Origin: a virus
Lineage: Duplodnaviria; Heunggongvirae; Uroviricota; Caudoviricetes
Direction: 5' to 3' (one strand)
Virus record (IMG/VR): IMGVR_UViG_2778261069_000008
DNA: 25,564 nt
The position numbers and the translations under genes are program-made. The notes beneath the pieces were generated by a model, which made no database searches, was not told the origin of the DNA, and saw only the letters and a list, made by a program, of their open reading frames with translations. Numbering within the stretch: position 1 is the stretch's first letter; every line of letters begins with the position of its first letter. This document shows, piece after piece, positions 1-7,894 of the stretch.

Positions 1-78
1 ATTTTCATTCATGCGACCCACGTCATTTACCTGTAAATAATATTCAAAATATTTATCACAAAAATCGTTTTTGGCCAT
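1..78 (-). CDS. 5' end of an unassigned ORF truncated by the window edge
   Basis: Minus-strand ATG at about 76-78 opens a frame (MAKNDFCDKYFEYYLQVNDVGR...) that runs off position 1, downstream of Rz in late-operon direction; no family recognised and no clear SD. Confidence 0.2.
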   Translation of the reverse strand, partial: MAKNDFCDKYFEYYLQVNDVGRMNEN

Positions 79-161
79 GATCTGAGCACACTATAAAGTC
101 CGGAACTGGCTTTTTGTTAAATCCCCCCTAACACAACCATCAACACCTTTATAACAAAACA

Positions 162-629
162 TCACGGTATACACTGGGTACGGATATATTCCTGTGCCCC
201 TTCCAGTTGCTTTTGCATTGTCATCAGCCGTTCTCTGAGGGTGAAATAATCCCGCTCAGCGGTGTCTGCCAGTCGGGGGCTGGTTGCATTATCCACGCGG
301 GTGGGGCCGGTGGCCTCACGCACGGCTGCGGAGCAACTGGCATTGACCCGCAGGCGCTTACGACCAGCGGCAACATCAGCGCGCAGAGTTTCATTTTCAG
401 CTTTCGCATTGGCTAATTCTCTCAAGTACTTTGCATCTAGCGCAGCAACATCACGCTGACGCTGCTGCATGTCAGCGATGGTGGCGATCGCCTGCTTCAG
501 CTCACTGACTTTTTTATCACGCTGTTCTTTGTAGGCGATGGCATTATCACGGTAATGATTGACCGCCAACGACAGGCAGACGATGATGCAGATAACCAGT
601 GTGGAGATAATCGCGGTAACTCTGCTCAT
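162..629 (-). CDS. Rz: Rz i-spanin (inner-membrane spanin subunit)
   Basis: Translation [20 protein letters not shown]...[24 protein letters not shown] closely matches lambda Rz as I recall it; N-terminal TM then coiled coil; start moved to the internal Met matching the Rz N-terminus; 4-nt overlap with upstream endolysin. Confidence 0.9.
   Translation of the reverse strand: MSRVTAIISTLVICIIVCLSLAVNHYRDNAIAYKEQRDKKVSELKQAIATIADMQQRQRDVAALDAKYLRELANAKAENETLRADVAAGRKRLRVNASCSAAVREATGPTRVDNATSPRLADTAERDYFTLRERLMTMQKQLEGAQEYIRTQCIP
224..409 (-). CDS. Rz1: Rz1 o-spanin lipoprotein, embedded in the +1 frame of Rz
   Basis: 61-aa ORF wholly inside Rz: [22 protein letters not shown]... with lipobox-like VSAC and proline-rich [19 protein letters not shown], matching lambda Rz1. 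Confidence 0.85.
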   Translation of the reverse strand: MRKLKMKLCALMLPLVVSACGSMPVAPQPCVRPPAPPAWIMQPAPDWQTPLSGIISPSENG

Positions 630-1123
630 TGTTGCCCCCATAAACAGACTTCACGCTCAATCTCACGGCGAGTCATCAGTCCTTTCCATTGCTTACCGCC
701 AGCGTATGTCCAGCGCCGTAGCTGATCACATGCGCCTTTGATATCGCCCTGGTTTATTTTGCGAAGAAGCGTCGATGTTCTGAAATTACCAGCACCCACG
801 TTGTAAACGAACGAGTAAAGAGCGCCGCGCGTTGTTTCCGGTATATCGACTTTGATGTACGGGTTAATTTGTCTGGCGACCGTGGCAAGGTCTTTATTCA
901 GGAGGGCTTTGCATTCTGCTTCGGTATACGTTTTACCGGGAATGATGTCTTTTCCGGTGTGTCCGTGACATACAGTCCATACGCCAACGATATCTTTGTA
1001 TGGTATGTAGCTGACACCTTCCAGACCATCGTCACCACTCGGACCAGTGATGAGCACAGACGCTATGGCAACAGCCCCACCACCAATAGCAGCAGCAACA
1101 GCCTTGCGTAATGATGGCGACAT
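626..1123 (-). CDS. R: SAR endolysin (phage-21 R-type lysozyme with signal-anchor-release domain)
   Basis: 165 aa; N-terminal Gly/Ala-rich weakly hydrophobic SAR segment ([20 protein letters not shown]) followed by a lysozyme domain; near-identical to my recollection of R21; placed between holin and Rz. Confidence 0.9.
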   Translation of the reverse strand: MSPSLRKAVAAAIGGGAVAIASVLITGPSGDDGLEGVSYIPYKDIVGVWTVCHGHTGKDIIPGKTYTEAECKALLNKDLATVARQINPYIKVDIPETTRGALYSFVYNVGAGNFRTSTLLRKINQGDIKGACDQLRRWTYAGGKQWKGLMTRREIEREVCLWGQQ

Positions 1124-1338
1124 TATTCACCTCTCGCAGCCTTACGCTTATCTTCTTTAATCTTGAAATAAAGGTTTGTCAGATACGTCAGCAAGCCAAA
1201 TACCAGACTACCCAGCACACCTATTGCCGCCCACTGTGAGGGCGTGACTTTATCGAGCAACTGTAAAAACCAGTACCCGGCACTACCTGCTGAGGTGCCA
1301 TAGGCGACACCCGTTGTTAACTTATCCATGGATTTCAT
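1123..1338 (-). CDS. S: Pinholin S (phage-21 S-type class II holin)
   Basis: [28 protein letters not shown]...[11 protein letters not shown], 71 aa, dual-start MKSM motif and two TM segments as in S21; the track ORF extends upstream in frame but the start is set at the S21-type Met; 1-nt overlap with R. Confidence 0.9.
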
Positions 1339-1741
1339 AACCCCACCTCGCAGATGCGGGTGCTGTGTAATGGAAACAAAAAAAGCCACCAGCGGCCCGC
1401 CCCCCATCAAAGGCACCCGAAGATGCCTTTTGTATAGCGTTATCTGATGTGATGTGCGCCGGGCGTGACGCGGATGTGAAAAAGGCCCGCCGTAGCGAGC
1501 CTCAATACAAAAAACTGATGATTATCCCGATAGCTTCTGATCAGCAATGAAGCACATTAACATTCTCTTAATATACTTAGCTGTTTCTTCGTATCGCTCA
1601 ACCTCTTCTCCTCTGGAAACATATCGCTCAGCCCGTTTATCGCTTCTACCGTTGGATCGCGATATGCAGACTTTTATCAGGTTGTCGCAATACTCCATAG
1701 TTATATATGCCGGAATAAAAAAAACCTGCCGGAGCAGACCT

Positions 1742-1769
1742 CAAAAAAAGCCAGCTTTGGGTAGCTGGC
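1742..1769 (-). terminator. Rho-independent terminator-like hairpin (minus-strand orientation)
   Basis: Plus strand has an A-run followed by GCCAGCTTTGGGTAGCTGGC (7-bp stem); on the minus strand this reads hairpin then U-run. Confidence 0.4.
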
Positions 1770-2052
1770 ATAAATGAAAACAATGACGTTCGAGATTACT
1801 CGTCACAGCGAGATTATCTTCACACAGTCAGCATGCGCTTTTGTTGCGAGCGCCACAACTGAAAACGGTTATTTTCAGATTTCGTTATTCTCTGCACCAA
1901 CGGGAGCCCCCACTATACAGAATGTACATAGTCACACACAGAACACTAAAGAGACAAACAACACAAAAGACAACAAACAGAAACATTACGATACAAAATC
2001 GTAACAATCAGTCATATATGATAACCCAAACCCAACAAACAAGAGGTTGTTT

Positions 2053-2616
2053 ATGTGTAAATGGAATAGCGTAAATCTAAAAATCATACTTTGGGCAACA
2101 CTGGTCGGTGGCGCGATCAGCTCTCTGGTGAAATCAGGAACTGAAGCTAACATGCCCCCAAGAATGGCCGGAGAAATTTCTCCACCAGCAATGAATATCG
2201 ACGCCTGGTTGGGTTTTCTGGGAATAAATTCACACTCGCTGGATTACATTTACCAGGGAGTAACAATTCCCGGAGCTGTTATGCTCTATCATTGGCTTTT
2301 TAGTTTCATTTTTGCCTTTGTATACATATACCTGTCTGTTTTTATTCCACGAGTCCGCATGTGGTATGGGGCTGTATATGGAATTCTTATTACATTAGTC
2401 ATGCATGGTATTTTAATACCCGCGCTGGGCTTCAGATTTCCCGCGTATCTTCCCGGCCATGAAAGAGGGTGGCTATGGAATCTAAACGGCTATGAATTCT
2501 GGAGCGAACTGATTGGACATATATGCTGGTCTGTTTCAATTGAAATATCCTTTATTGCCATTCTGGCAATCTTCTCCAGACCAATTTGTGGTAAATGGAC
2601 GGCGAATAAAAACTAA
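2053..2616 (+). CDS. Inner-membrane protein moron, opposite in orientation to the late operon (tentatively YagU/DUF1440-like)
   Basis: ATG at 2053 preceded by AAGAGG (2041-2046); 187 aa with about four hydrophobic helices; motifs VKSGTEANMPPR and SELIGHICWSVSIE resemble my recollection of YagU; sits between the tRNA cluster and the holin. Confidence 0.55.
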   Translation: MCKWNSVNLKIILWATLVGGAISSLVKSGTEANMPPRMAGEISPPAMNIDAWLGFLGINSHSLDYIYQGVTIPGAVMLYHWLFSFIFAFVYIYLSVFIPRVRMWYGAVYGILITLVMHGILIPALGFRFPAYLPGHERGWLWNLNGYEFWSELIGHICWSVSIEISFIAILAIFSRPICGKWTANKN

Positions 2617-2779
2617 CCATCTCAAATAACATAACCAACTGGTTAGGAACAAAGCAGACTCTAACCGGTTGGCTCCTTAAATCCTATCTCCCTGAAAGGT
2701 GGAGAGTGGATATCAGCCCCGTCAACAGCCCAATACCTCTAACAAAACGGGACTCAAAAGGAAATATGCAGATAAATAC

Positions 2780-2854
<75 letters not shown>

Positions 2855-2857
2855 ATA

Positions 2858-2933
<76 letters not shown>

Positions 2934-2935
2934 AC

Positions 2936-3012
2936 TGGACCGCCACCGGGGACTCGAACCTCGCACACTCAACTTAAAGGGTTGACGCTCTTTCCTGATG
3001 AGCTAGTGGCGG
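2936..3012 (-). tRNA. Atypical tRNA-like gene (anticodon loop CCUUUAA, apparent anticodon UUU with C at position 33)
   Basis: Reverse complement CCGCCACTAGCTCATCAGGAAAGAGCGTCAACCCTTTAAGTTGAGTGTGCGAGGTTCGAGTCCCCGGTGGCGGTCCA; 7-bp acceptor, D-arm with GG, T-loop TTCGAGT, CCA end, but C33 instead of the universal U33 and an A-C mispair in the T-stem. Confidence 0.5.
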
Positions 3013-3013
3013 T

Positions 3014-3089
3014 TGGTGGCCCTTGCTGGATTTGAACCAGCGACCTGGCGATTATGAGTCGCTCGCTCTCACCACTGAGCTAAAGGGCC
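3014..3089 (-). tRNA. tRNA-Ile2-like (anticodon CAU; ileX/ileZ-type, could be annotated Met)
   Basis: Reverse complement GGCCCTTTAGCTCAGTGGTGAGAGCGAGCGACTCATAATCGCCAGGTCGCTGGTTCAAATCCAGCAAGGGCCACCA; loop CUCAUAA; strongly resembles E. coli tRNA-Ile2 as recalled. Confidence 0.8.
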
Positions 3090-3208
3090 GGGTGCAGGAT
3101 AATAACGTTACGAAATCAATGTTGCAAGCATTCAAAAATCACCTGATTAAAAATCACCCTTACTTCCTCCACCAGCGCATTCACCATGTCTATCCGAGAT
3201 AAGTGGCA

Positions 3209-3233
3209 CAAAAAAACCCGCTTGTGGGCGGGT
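3209..3233 (-). terminator. tR'-like rho-independent terminator downstream of the late promoter
   Basis: On the minus strand CCCGCCCACAAGCGGG hairpin followed by a 7-U run; lies about 60 nt downstream of the candidate pR' and upstream of the tRNAs and lysis genes. Confidence 0.6.
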
Positions 3234-3287
3234 TTTGTTTGCTTTTGCCATCACGTACAAAATCGGCAAAATATCAGATTTGCATGA

Positions 3288-3316
3288 AATATATGCCTTT
3301 CAATCTACTTTTGCAA
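3288..3316 (-). promoter_or_regulatory. Candidate late promoter pR' (sigma-70 type) overlapping the 3' end of the Q-like gene
   Basis: Minus strand TTGCAA - 17 nt - TATATT; position just after Q and before the terminator mirrors the lambda pR'/qut/tR' arrangement. Confidence 0.4.
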
Positions 3317-3995
3317 CACTTTGCTTTGAAAATGCCACCTTTTGTTTTGAACGTGTTCTCATTACAAACAATAAAGCCTCACTATCCAGTCGGTAAAAAA
3401 TGTGTTTCATTGCAACCCAGTGACGAGTAAATGTTTTGGACCAGTTTTTAGTTGTCACTCCCGCCAGTAATGCCAGCTCCTGGTATTCATAACCTTCCCC
3501 ACCAAAAAGTTCTGCTTTTACTGCCTGCGCCGCCAGCCAGATTAATTTTTTCAGGCGTTCCTGCGTTTTCCCTGCAATTTTTCTGGTACCGGATTGAGTA
3601 TTAAATTCATTCCACGCCCACTGTGTTATCGCGATCTGATATTCCCAACAAATATTCCCGCTGTAACACCACAACAACCAGGCTTTATGATGTTCTTCAA
3701 GAGACAGAACAGCCCGCCGCCACGATGATGTCGAAAACTCAACCGGACTGACCAGAGGAATTGACGTCCCCTTCGCCAGTGATTGTTTTCCCGGGATTGG
3801 TGGATTATCCCGCGTTATCATTTTTCCAGTCACCTCATCCCGGTACCGGATTTTTTTACGCCTGTAACGCCCTGTATCGAACATGGCATTCTCCTGCCAG
3901 GCTTCAAGCTGACCTTTTGTTGCCCCACTCAAATCAGCGGTGGCGATAATGAGCTGCTCACGCACAAACTGTAAATACTGGCTATTCATGCGCAC
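3300..3995 (-). CDS. Putative late-gene antiterminator Q
   Basis: 231-aa ORF immediately downstream of rusA and upstream of a pR'/tR'-like unit, tRNAs and lysis genes; assigned mainly by position and size; no clear CxxC zinc-finger pair seen. Confidence 0.55.
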   Translation of the reverse strand: MRMNSQYLQFVREQLIIATADLSGATKGQLEAWQENAMFDTGRYRRKKIRYRDEVTGKMITRDNPPIPGKQSLAKGTSIPLVSPVEFSTSSWRRAVLSLEEHHKAWLLWCYSGNICWEYQIAITQWAWNEFNTQSGTRKIAGKTQERLKKLIWLAAQAVKAELFGGEGYEYQELALLAGVTTKNWSKTFTRHWVAMKHIFYRLDSEALLFVMRTRSKQKVAFSKQSVAKVD

Positions 3996-4351
3996 TCCAG
4001 TTCTGTGATTTTTATCCCCAGCCGCCCACCAGGAACGAGCTGACCGCGCACAATATTGATTTCATCAAACTGCTCGTCGTCTATGAGAAGTCCGGCATGC
4101 GTCAGCGCATCCAGTGGTGCTTTCAGGATATTGTCCAGGTCACGACGGCGCTTATCCGGTGGCTCTGCAATAATCTTTATCGCCAGCCTTCCGGACAGGT
4201 TTAATTTCAGCCGCTGCTGGCGAACAATTAGCGCCACATCACGGCGATAACGCTCACCGACTTTTGATACAAAATATGTGTTGCCACGACGTCGCCAGTA
4301 AGTATTCACCGTCGGCGGGTAAGGCAAAACAAATTCTATGCGTTCAGTCAT
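3986..4351 (-). CDS. rusA: RusA Holliday-junction resolvase
   Basis: 121 aa, MTERIEFVLPYPPTVNTYWRRRG...RRDLDNILKAPLDALTHAGLLIDDEQ, characteristic RusA sequence with the catalytic Asp-rich segment. Confidence 0.85.
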   Translation of the reverse strand: MTERIEFVLPYPPTVNTYWRRRGNTYFVSKVGERYRRDVALIVRQQRLKLNLSGRLAIKIIAEPPDKRRRDLDNILKAPLDALTHAGLLIDDEQFDEINIVRGQLVPGGRLGIKITELECA

Positions 4352-5407
4352 TCATGCTTTCCACTTCAGGACACCCGAATTTCTCGCGTGCATTAAAAAA
4401 CGAATCAGCAACAACAGCTGGCTGCCGTGTTTTTCTTCAAAATCTTTTACCCCGGCGTGCAGTTCGTTATGACATTTGCGGCACAGCGGAATAACAAACA
4501 AATCATCAGCCTTTGTTCCCATCCCTCCCAGTCCATGACCAATGATGTGATGCGGATCATCTGCCTGATTACCGCACGTCATGCATTTCTGCGTTTTTAC
4601 CCAGCGCGTGTATACAGGCATCTCTTCCCGTTGTGGTTTCTGGCGCTGGAGATACTGAGCCGGTGACTCCGGATCAACGGCAATGCTGACCACCGTCTTT
4701 TCCTGTGGCGGGTTTTGCTGGTGGGCGTGAGGCAGCGGCGCAAGATTTTTTGTGCGCTGCTTCAGTATGCTGGTGGCGGTCTGCTCTCCCGGTACGATGT
4801 CGCTTTCACGGTACATTGAGCGGATTTTTTCCGCACGCAACCCCAGCGAACGACGTAATACCGCTTCCGGTAGCGCGTCCGCCACCTGATTGCGGACCGC
4901 CCACCAGGATAATTCAGCCAGAGATAATTCACGCTCCTGCGTACCGCTTATTGCGTGACCGATGGCGTCAATCATCCATGCTGACAGGTTTTGATGAGCA
5001 AGTTGCTCGAGTGATTCGGATGTCTGGTCACGCAGCTGGTTGTCGCAGTGCCAGCACAACACCATTGCGCCGGTACCATAACGGTGAATGACGGTTTCGC
5101 TGTGATGATAATCGCCGTGTGGCCACTGGCAGGATTTAATATGGCGCAACAGCCAGTCAGACAATGCACCAGCACCACCAGCAGCACGAATCACCCGTGC
5201 GTTACTGAAAAACGGCAGCAATGTTTTGTCTTCCACCAGCGGCTGGCGAACGGCAGGAACGACCCCGGACGGCAGATTACGCATGCTTTTCGGTTCCGGC
5301 TCCACCAGCACTCGAGGATTGTGAAATACCTGCATGGATTCACGACCTGGCTTAAGGACCACCAGCCCGAGTTCCGGTACCAGAACAGGTCGAAGTAATA
5401 CCCGCAC
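4352..5407 (-). CDS. DUF968-like prophage protein with C-terminal HNH-type Cys/His motif (YdfU-like)
   Basis: 351-aa ORF (GTG start in the track; true start may be internal); C-terminus CMTCGNQADDPHHIIGHGLGG...LCRKCHNELH; size and position match Qin YdfU-type proteins as I recall them. Confidence 0.55.
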   Translation of the reverse strand: MRVLLRPVLVPELGLVVLKPGRESMQVFHNPRVLVEPEPKSMRNLPSGVVPAVRQPLVEDKTLLPFFSNARVIRAAGGAGALSDWLLRHIKSCQWPHGDYHHSETVIHRYGTGAMVLCWHCDNQLRDQTSESLEQLAHQNLSAWMIDAIGHAISGTQERELSLAELSWWAVRNQVADALPEAVLRRSLGLRAEKIRSMYRESDIVPGEQTATSILKQRTKNLAPLPHAHQQNPPQEKTVVSIAVDPESPAQYLQRQKPQREEMPVYTRWVKTQKCMTCGNQADDPHHIIGHGLGGMGTKADDLFVIPLCRKCHNELHAGVKDFEEKHGSQLLLLIRFLMHARNSGVLKWKA

Positions 5408-5408
5408 G

Positions 5409-5816
5409 TTACCTCCAGATTCGTTGCTGGAATGTGCGGGACGGACGCGGTGGGCGTTCGGAGTAAGGAAGCCTGACGGAGATTATCCAGTGACGATAAT
5501 CGAGGCTGAGGGCTTTCTTAACCTCGTATCCGCGCCTGCGGTAACACTGAATTATCCATTCAGCCTGCTCTTCAGTGCATGGAGGATGCTGGAACCAGTC
5601 CGATTTGAATGCGTGAAAACGCCGTCCACACCTGCTGGCAAAGACGGCAGAATCATCAGAATAGTGTAATTTGGTATCGTGCGCCATCGGCTGTCTCTGC
5701 TGGCGCAGCAGGTGCCAGTTGTTCAGGCTGGCGTGCGAATTGTAAACCAGAATGCCAGGAAAAAACAAAACCCGCCGAAACGGGTTAAGTGCGGGTGCGT
5801 TGAGGATGCCTGACAC
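5409..5816 (-). CDS. Hypothetical nin-region protein
   Basis: 135-aa track ORF with non-ATG start; a plausible internal ATG start gives 92 aa (MAHDTKLHYSDD...); Cys/His-containing, no family recognised. Confidence 0.4.
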   Translation of the reverse strand: MSGILNAPALNPFRRVLFFPGILVYNSHASLNNWHLLRQQRQPMAHDTKLHYSDDSAVFASRCGRRFHAFKSDWFQHPPCTEEQAEWIIQCYRRRGYEVKKALSLDYRHWIISVRLPYSERPPRPSRTFQQRIWR

Positions 5817-5854
5817 ATCAAAGGTGGCGAGGGATTTCTCCCTCGCCTGGTCTC

Positions 5855-6010
5855 TTACTCCTCAGGTTCGTAAGCTGTGAAGACAGCGACCTCCGTCTGG
5901 TCGGTTCGGATTCGTACCTCGCAGAGGTCTTTCCTCGTTACCAGTGCCGTCACTATGACGGTTAAACAGATGACGATCAGGGCGATTAACATCGCCTTTT
6001 GCTGCTTCAT
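5855..6010 (-). CDS. hok: Hok/Gef-family type I toxin
   Basis: MKQQKAMLIALIVICLTVIVTALVTRKDLCEVRIRTDQTEVAVFTAYEPEE, 51 aa with a single TM helix; matches HokD/RelF as recalled; the track ORF carries a 19-codon in-frame upstream extension. Confidence 0.85.
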   Translation of the reverse strand: MKQQKAMLIALIVICLTVIVTALVTRKDLCEVRIRTDQTEVAVFTAYEPEE

Positions 6011-6422
6011 AGCCTGCTTCTCCTTGCCTTTCGGCACGTAAGAGGCTAACCTACATGTGTCTAGCATGAAATTGGCCTCAGATTAATGTTAAGCGTCTTG
6101 CAGGACGCGTAATGTTAACTGGGGCTTTTCTCTATCTGCCGTTGGTGTTCATGCCCGAGGCAGATAGCCTCAAGCACCCACAGCCATTCTACTTAACTAC
6201 CGTTACCTCGCCAATATGAAATCAGTCAGAAAGGCGATCCATAAGAACAACAGCAAGGCAATAAATTGCCATTACAGCAGCAATAGCCAGCGCACATTTC
6301 AGAACCAGCACAATGACCTCCCACATTTGACGTACACGTGCATGATTCAATATGTGGCAACCTCCTCCTTGCTTCAATGTAAAATCAAGTATTGTTGTAT
6401 AACTATTTAACCAACTCCCTAT

Positions 6423-6466
6423 CCCCGCATCTCAGGCGCCCAACTTATGTGTGCGGGGCGTTTTTT
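6423..6466 (+). terminator. Plus-strand terminator-like hairpin with T-run
   Basis: CCCCGCA...TGCGGGG arms followed by CGTTTTTT; long loop, so weak; could terminate a plus-strand antisense (Sok-like) transcript. Confidence 0.35.
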
Positions 6467-6472
6467 AATACC

Positions 6473-6556
6473 TTACCCCCAGCGGCAAATCAAATACACC
6501 ACCAGCGCCACCGCCAGTGCAATACCTACTGTTGTGAATGCCTCAGGCCAGCTCAT
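6473..6556 (-). CDS. Candidate 27-aa hydrophobic small protein
   Basis: AAGGAGG 7 nt upstream of ATG; MSWPEAFTTVGIALAVALVVYLICRWG is a single predicted TM helix; immediately downstream of the DUF551 gene; below the track's ORF size cutoff. Confidence 0.3.
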   Translation of the reverse strand: MSWPEAFTTVGIALAVALVVYLICRWG

Positions 6557-6560
6557 TGAT

Positions 6561-6908
6561 TCACCTCCTTCGTGGTTCTGGTAGCGGCATCCAGTCGGTT
6601 ACATTGCGGCTCTGTGTTTCAAAAAATTCATTACCATTGCGGACAATATCGAAAAACTCACCGTCTCGATATTGCGCATGAAGAACGAATGCGCCATCAC
6701 ATAAAATAATTACGTGCTGACCATCACCTGGCATTCGCTCACTACAGCTTATCCAACCGCCCGAAGTTACCGGAGAGTTGCCAGTCTTACGCATGGCAAT
6801 CTCCACGATTTCAACCATATCTCCTGGTGGAATTTTACAGTGCTGACCCAAATGCCTCTGCTGCCAGGCATACTCAAGGATGTGCTCCAGTTTGGTTCGA
6901 TTAATCAT
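6561..6908 (-). CDS. DUF551-like phage protein
   Basis: 115 aa ending ...VTDWMPLPEPRRR, the C-terminal WxPLPEP signature I associate with DUF551. Confidence 0.6.
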   Translation of the reverse strand: MINRTKLEHILEYAWQQRHLGQHCKIPPGDMVEIVEIAMRKTGNSPVTSGGWISCSERMPGDGQHVIILCDGAFVLHAQYRDGEFFDIVRNGNEFFETQSRNVTDWMPLPEPRRR

Positions 6909-7312
6909 GATTTATCTCCCTTAAGCATGGCTGCACGACAGGCCTCTTTGAGCACCCAGTCAACCGCGTCTTTCCATGCTCCGGTTTCGACTGGCGGATT
7001 TTCACGCTTAACCTGTTCATAGAAACGCACTGCTTTAATCAATCCTTCTGGTGTCAGTGACACAGGTGTAGCGGTGAATAGAGGTTTAGGTGTTATCTCT
7101 GCACGTTTTGCGTATGCTTCAACTGTGTCAGGATTAAACAGGATTATGTTTTCGCCGTATTCCCACGCTATCGGCTCTGCTTCCAGCGATGCCAGAGCAA
7201 TTTTGAATAACTCACCCTCTACTCGTGCCACCCCTGAATTGGGGTGGCATTTCGCAATCGCTATTTTTAATTTAGCTTCTTCGATTAATTGCTCTTTTGT
7301 TAATTCAGTCAT
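6905..7312 (-). CDS. Hypothetical phage protein
   Basis: 135-aa ORF with ATGA overlap to the downstream gene; co-oriented in the nin-like operon; no family recognised. Confidence 0.5.
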   Translation of the reverse strand: MTELTKEQLIEEAKLKIAIAKCHPNSGVARVEGELFKIALASLEAEPIAWEYGENIILFNPDTVEAYAKRAEITPKPLFTATPVSLTPEGLIKAVRFYEQVKRENPPVETGAWKDAVDWVLKEACRAAMLKGDKS

Positions 7313-7470
7313 TTTTCATTACCGCCCTTTCGGGCGGCCTCCTGATGTTTTGAGGGTGCAGGAATCCCTCCTGTTAAGGATTAAATTTTATTTACAGTGC
7401 TGAGATTAATTATTCAGATTTGAATTATGTTTTCTCTTTCACTTCACGCAGTCCCGATTGTTAATTTGGC

Positions 7471-7887
7471 TCACAGTACCACCTCCTGCAAACTTCCCTT
7501 CCAGAAAGCCAGCACGCGCTGCATAGTTTCGCTCTGACGGCACTCTCGGCAAATTATGTTCTGTCTCCTGTTGTAACGGCGTATCTCGCTATCTGGCAAT
7601 GAATAAACCAGGTCGGGGTCGTTCTTCTTTTTCACTGCCGCTCTCGACATTTTTTTGCAGGCTTTTATCCAGTCCTTACGAGCCTGTTCTGAAGGAAATA
7701 TTCCATGGCCTGAACCATATAGCGTGCCACTAACTACCAGCTCTTTCGCCAGAACTTCTATCAGGTGTCTCGTTGCTCCGGTTTCATCCTCCAGTTGCTT
7801 ACGTGTTTTCCTCCCATCTCTGCGCACCAGTTCCACAATACGCGCCTTCAGTTGCTCCCGATATTCAGGTGTAAAAACGTTTCTCAT
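7471..7887 (-). CDS. Hypothetical phage protein (start trimmed to internal Met)
   Basis: Track ORF 7471..7944 overlaps the upstream gene by 50 nt; internal start MRNVFTPEY at 7887 avoids the overlap; contains CRECRQ Cys pair; no family recognised. Confidence 0.45.
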   Translation of the reverse strand: MRNVFTPEYREQLKARIVELVRRDGRKTRKQLEDETGATRHLIEVLAKELVVSGTLYGSGHGIFPSEQARKDWIKACKKMSRAAVKKKNDPDLVYSLPDSEIRRYNRRQNIICRECRQSETMQRVLAFWKGSLQEVVL

Positions 7888-7894
7888 AAGTGCC

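Noticed and set aside
207-459. Plus-strand ORFs (207..416, 262..459) inside the Rz/Rz1 locus
   Set aside because: Antisense to well-supported Rz and Rz1 genes; Ala/Gly/Arg-rich translations typical of antisense frames; no SD.
869-1111. Plus-strand 80-aa ORF inside the endolysin gene
   Set aside because: Antisense to the SAR endolysin with no start context; considered a chance frame.
1339-1416. In-frame N-terminal extension of the holin ORF (track start 1416)
   Set aside because: S21-type holins start at the MKSM dual-start motif; the extension has no homology and would bury the known start.
1547-2074. Three plus-strand ORFs in the AT/CA-rich leader upstream of the membrane-protein moron
   Set aside because: Low-complexity translations (Thr/Asn/Gln-rich), no SD; they overlap the repetitive CA-rich tract and are better explained as noncoding leader.
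4427-5398. Several plus-strand ORFs (4427..4666, 4705..5091, 5048..5398) overlapping the DUF968-like gene
   Set aside because: All antisense to a gene with a conserved HNH-like motif; compositions look like antisense artefacts.
5855-6067. 70-aa track ORF as the hok gene product
   Set aside because: Hok family proteins are about 50 aa starting at MKQQK; the 19-codon upstream part is more likely a mok-like coupling frame or chance extension, so the CDS was trimmed to 5855..6010.
6216-6410. Plus-strand 64-aa ORF between hok and the DUF551 gene
   Set aside because: No SD, odd composition; the region more plausibly encodes a hok antisense RNA and promoter elements.
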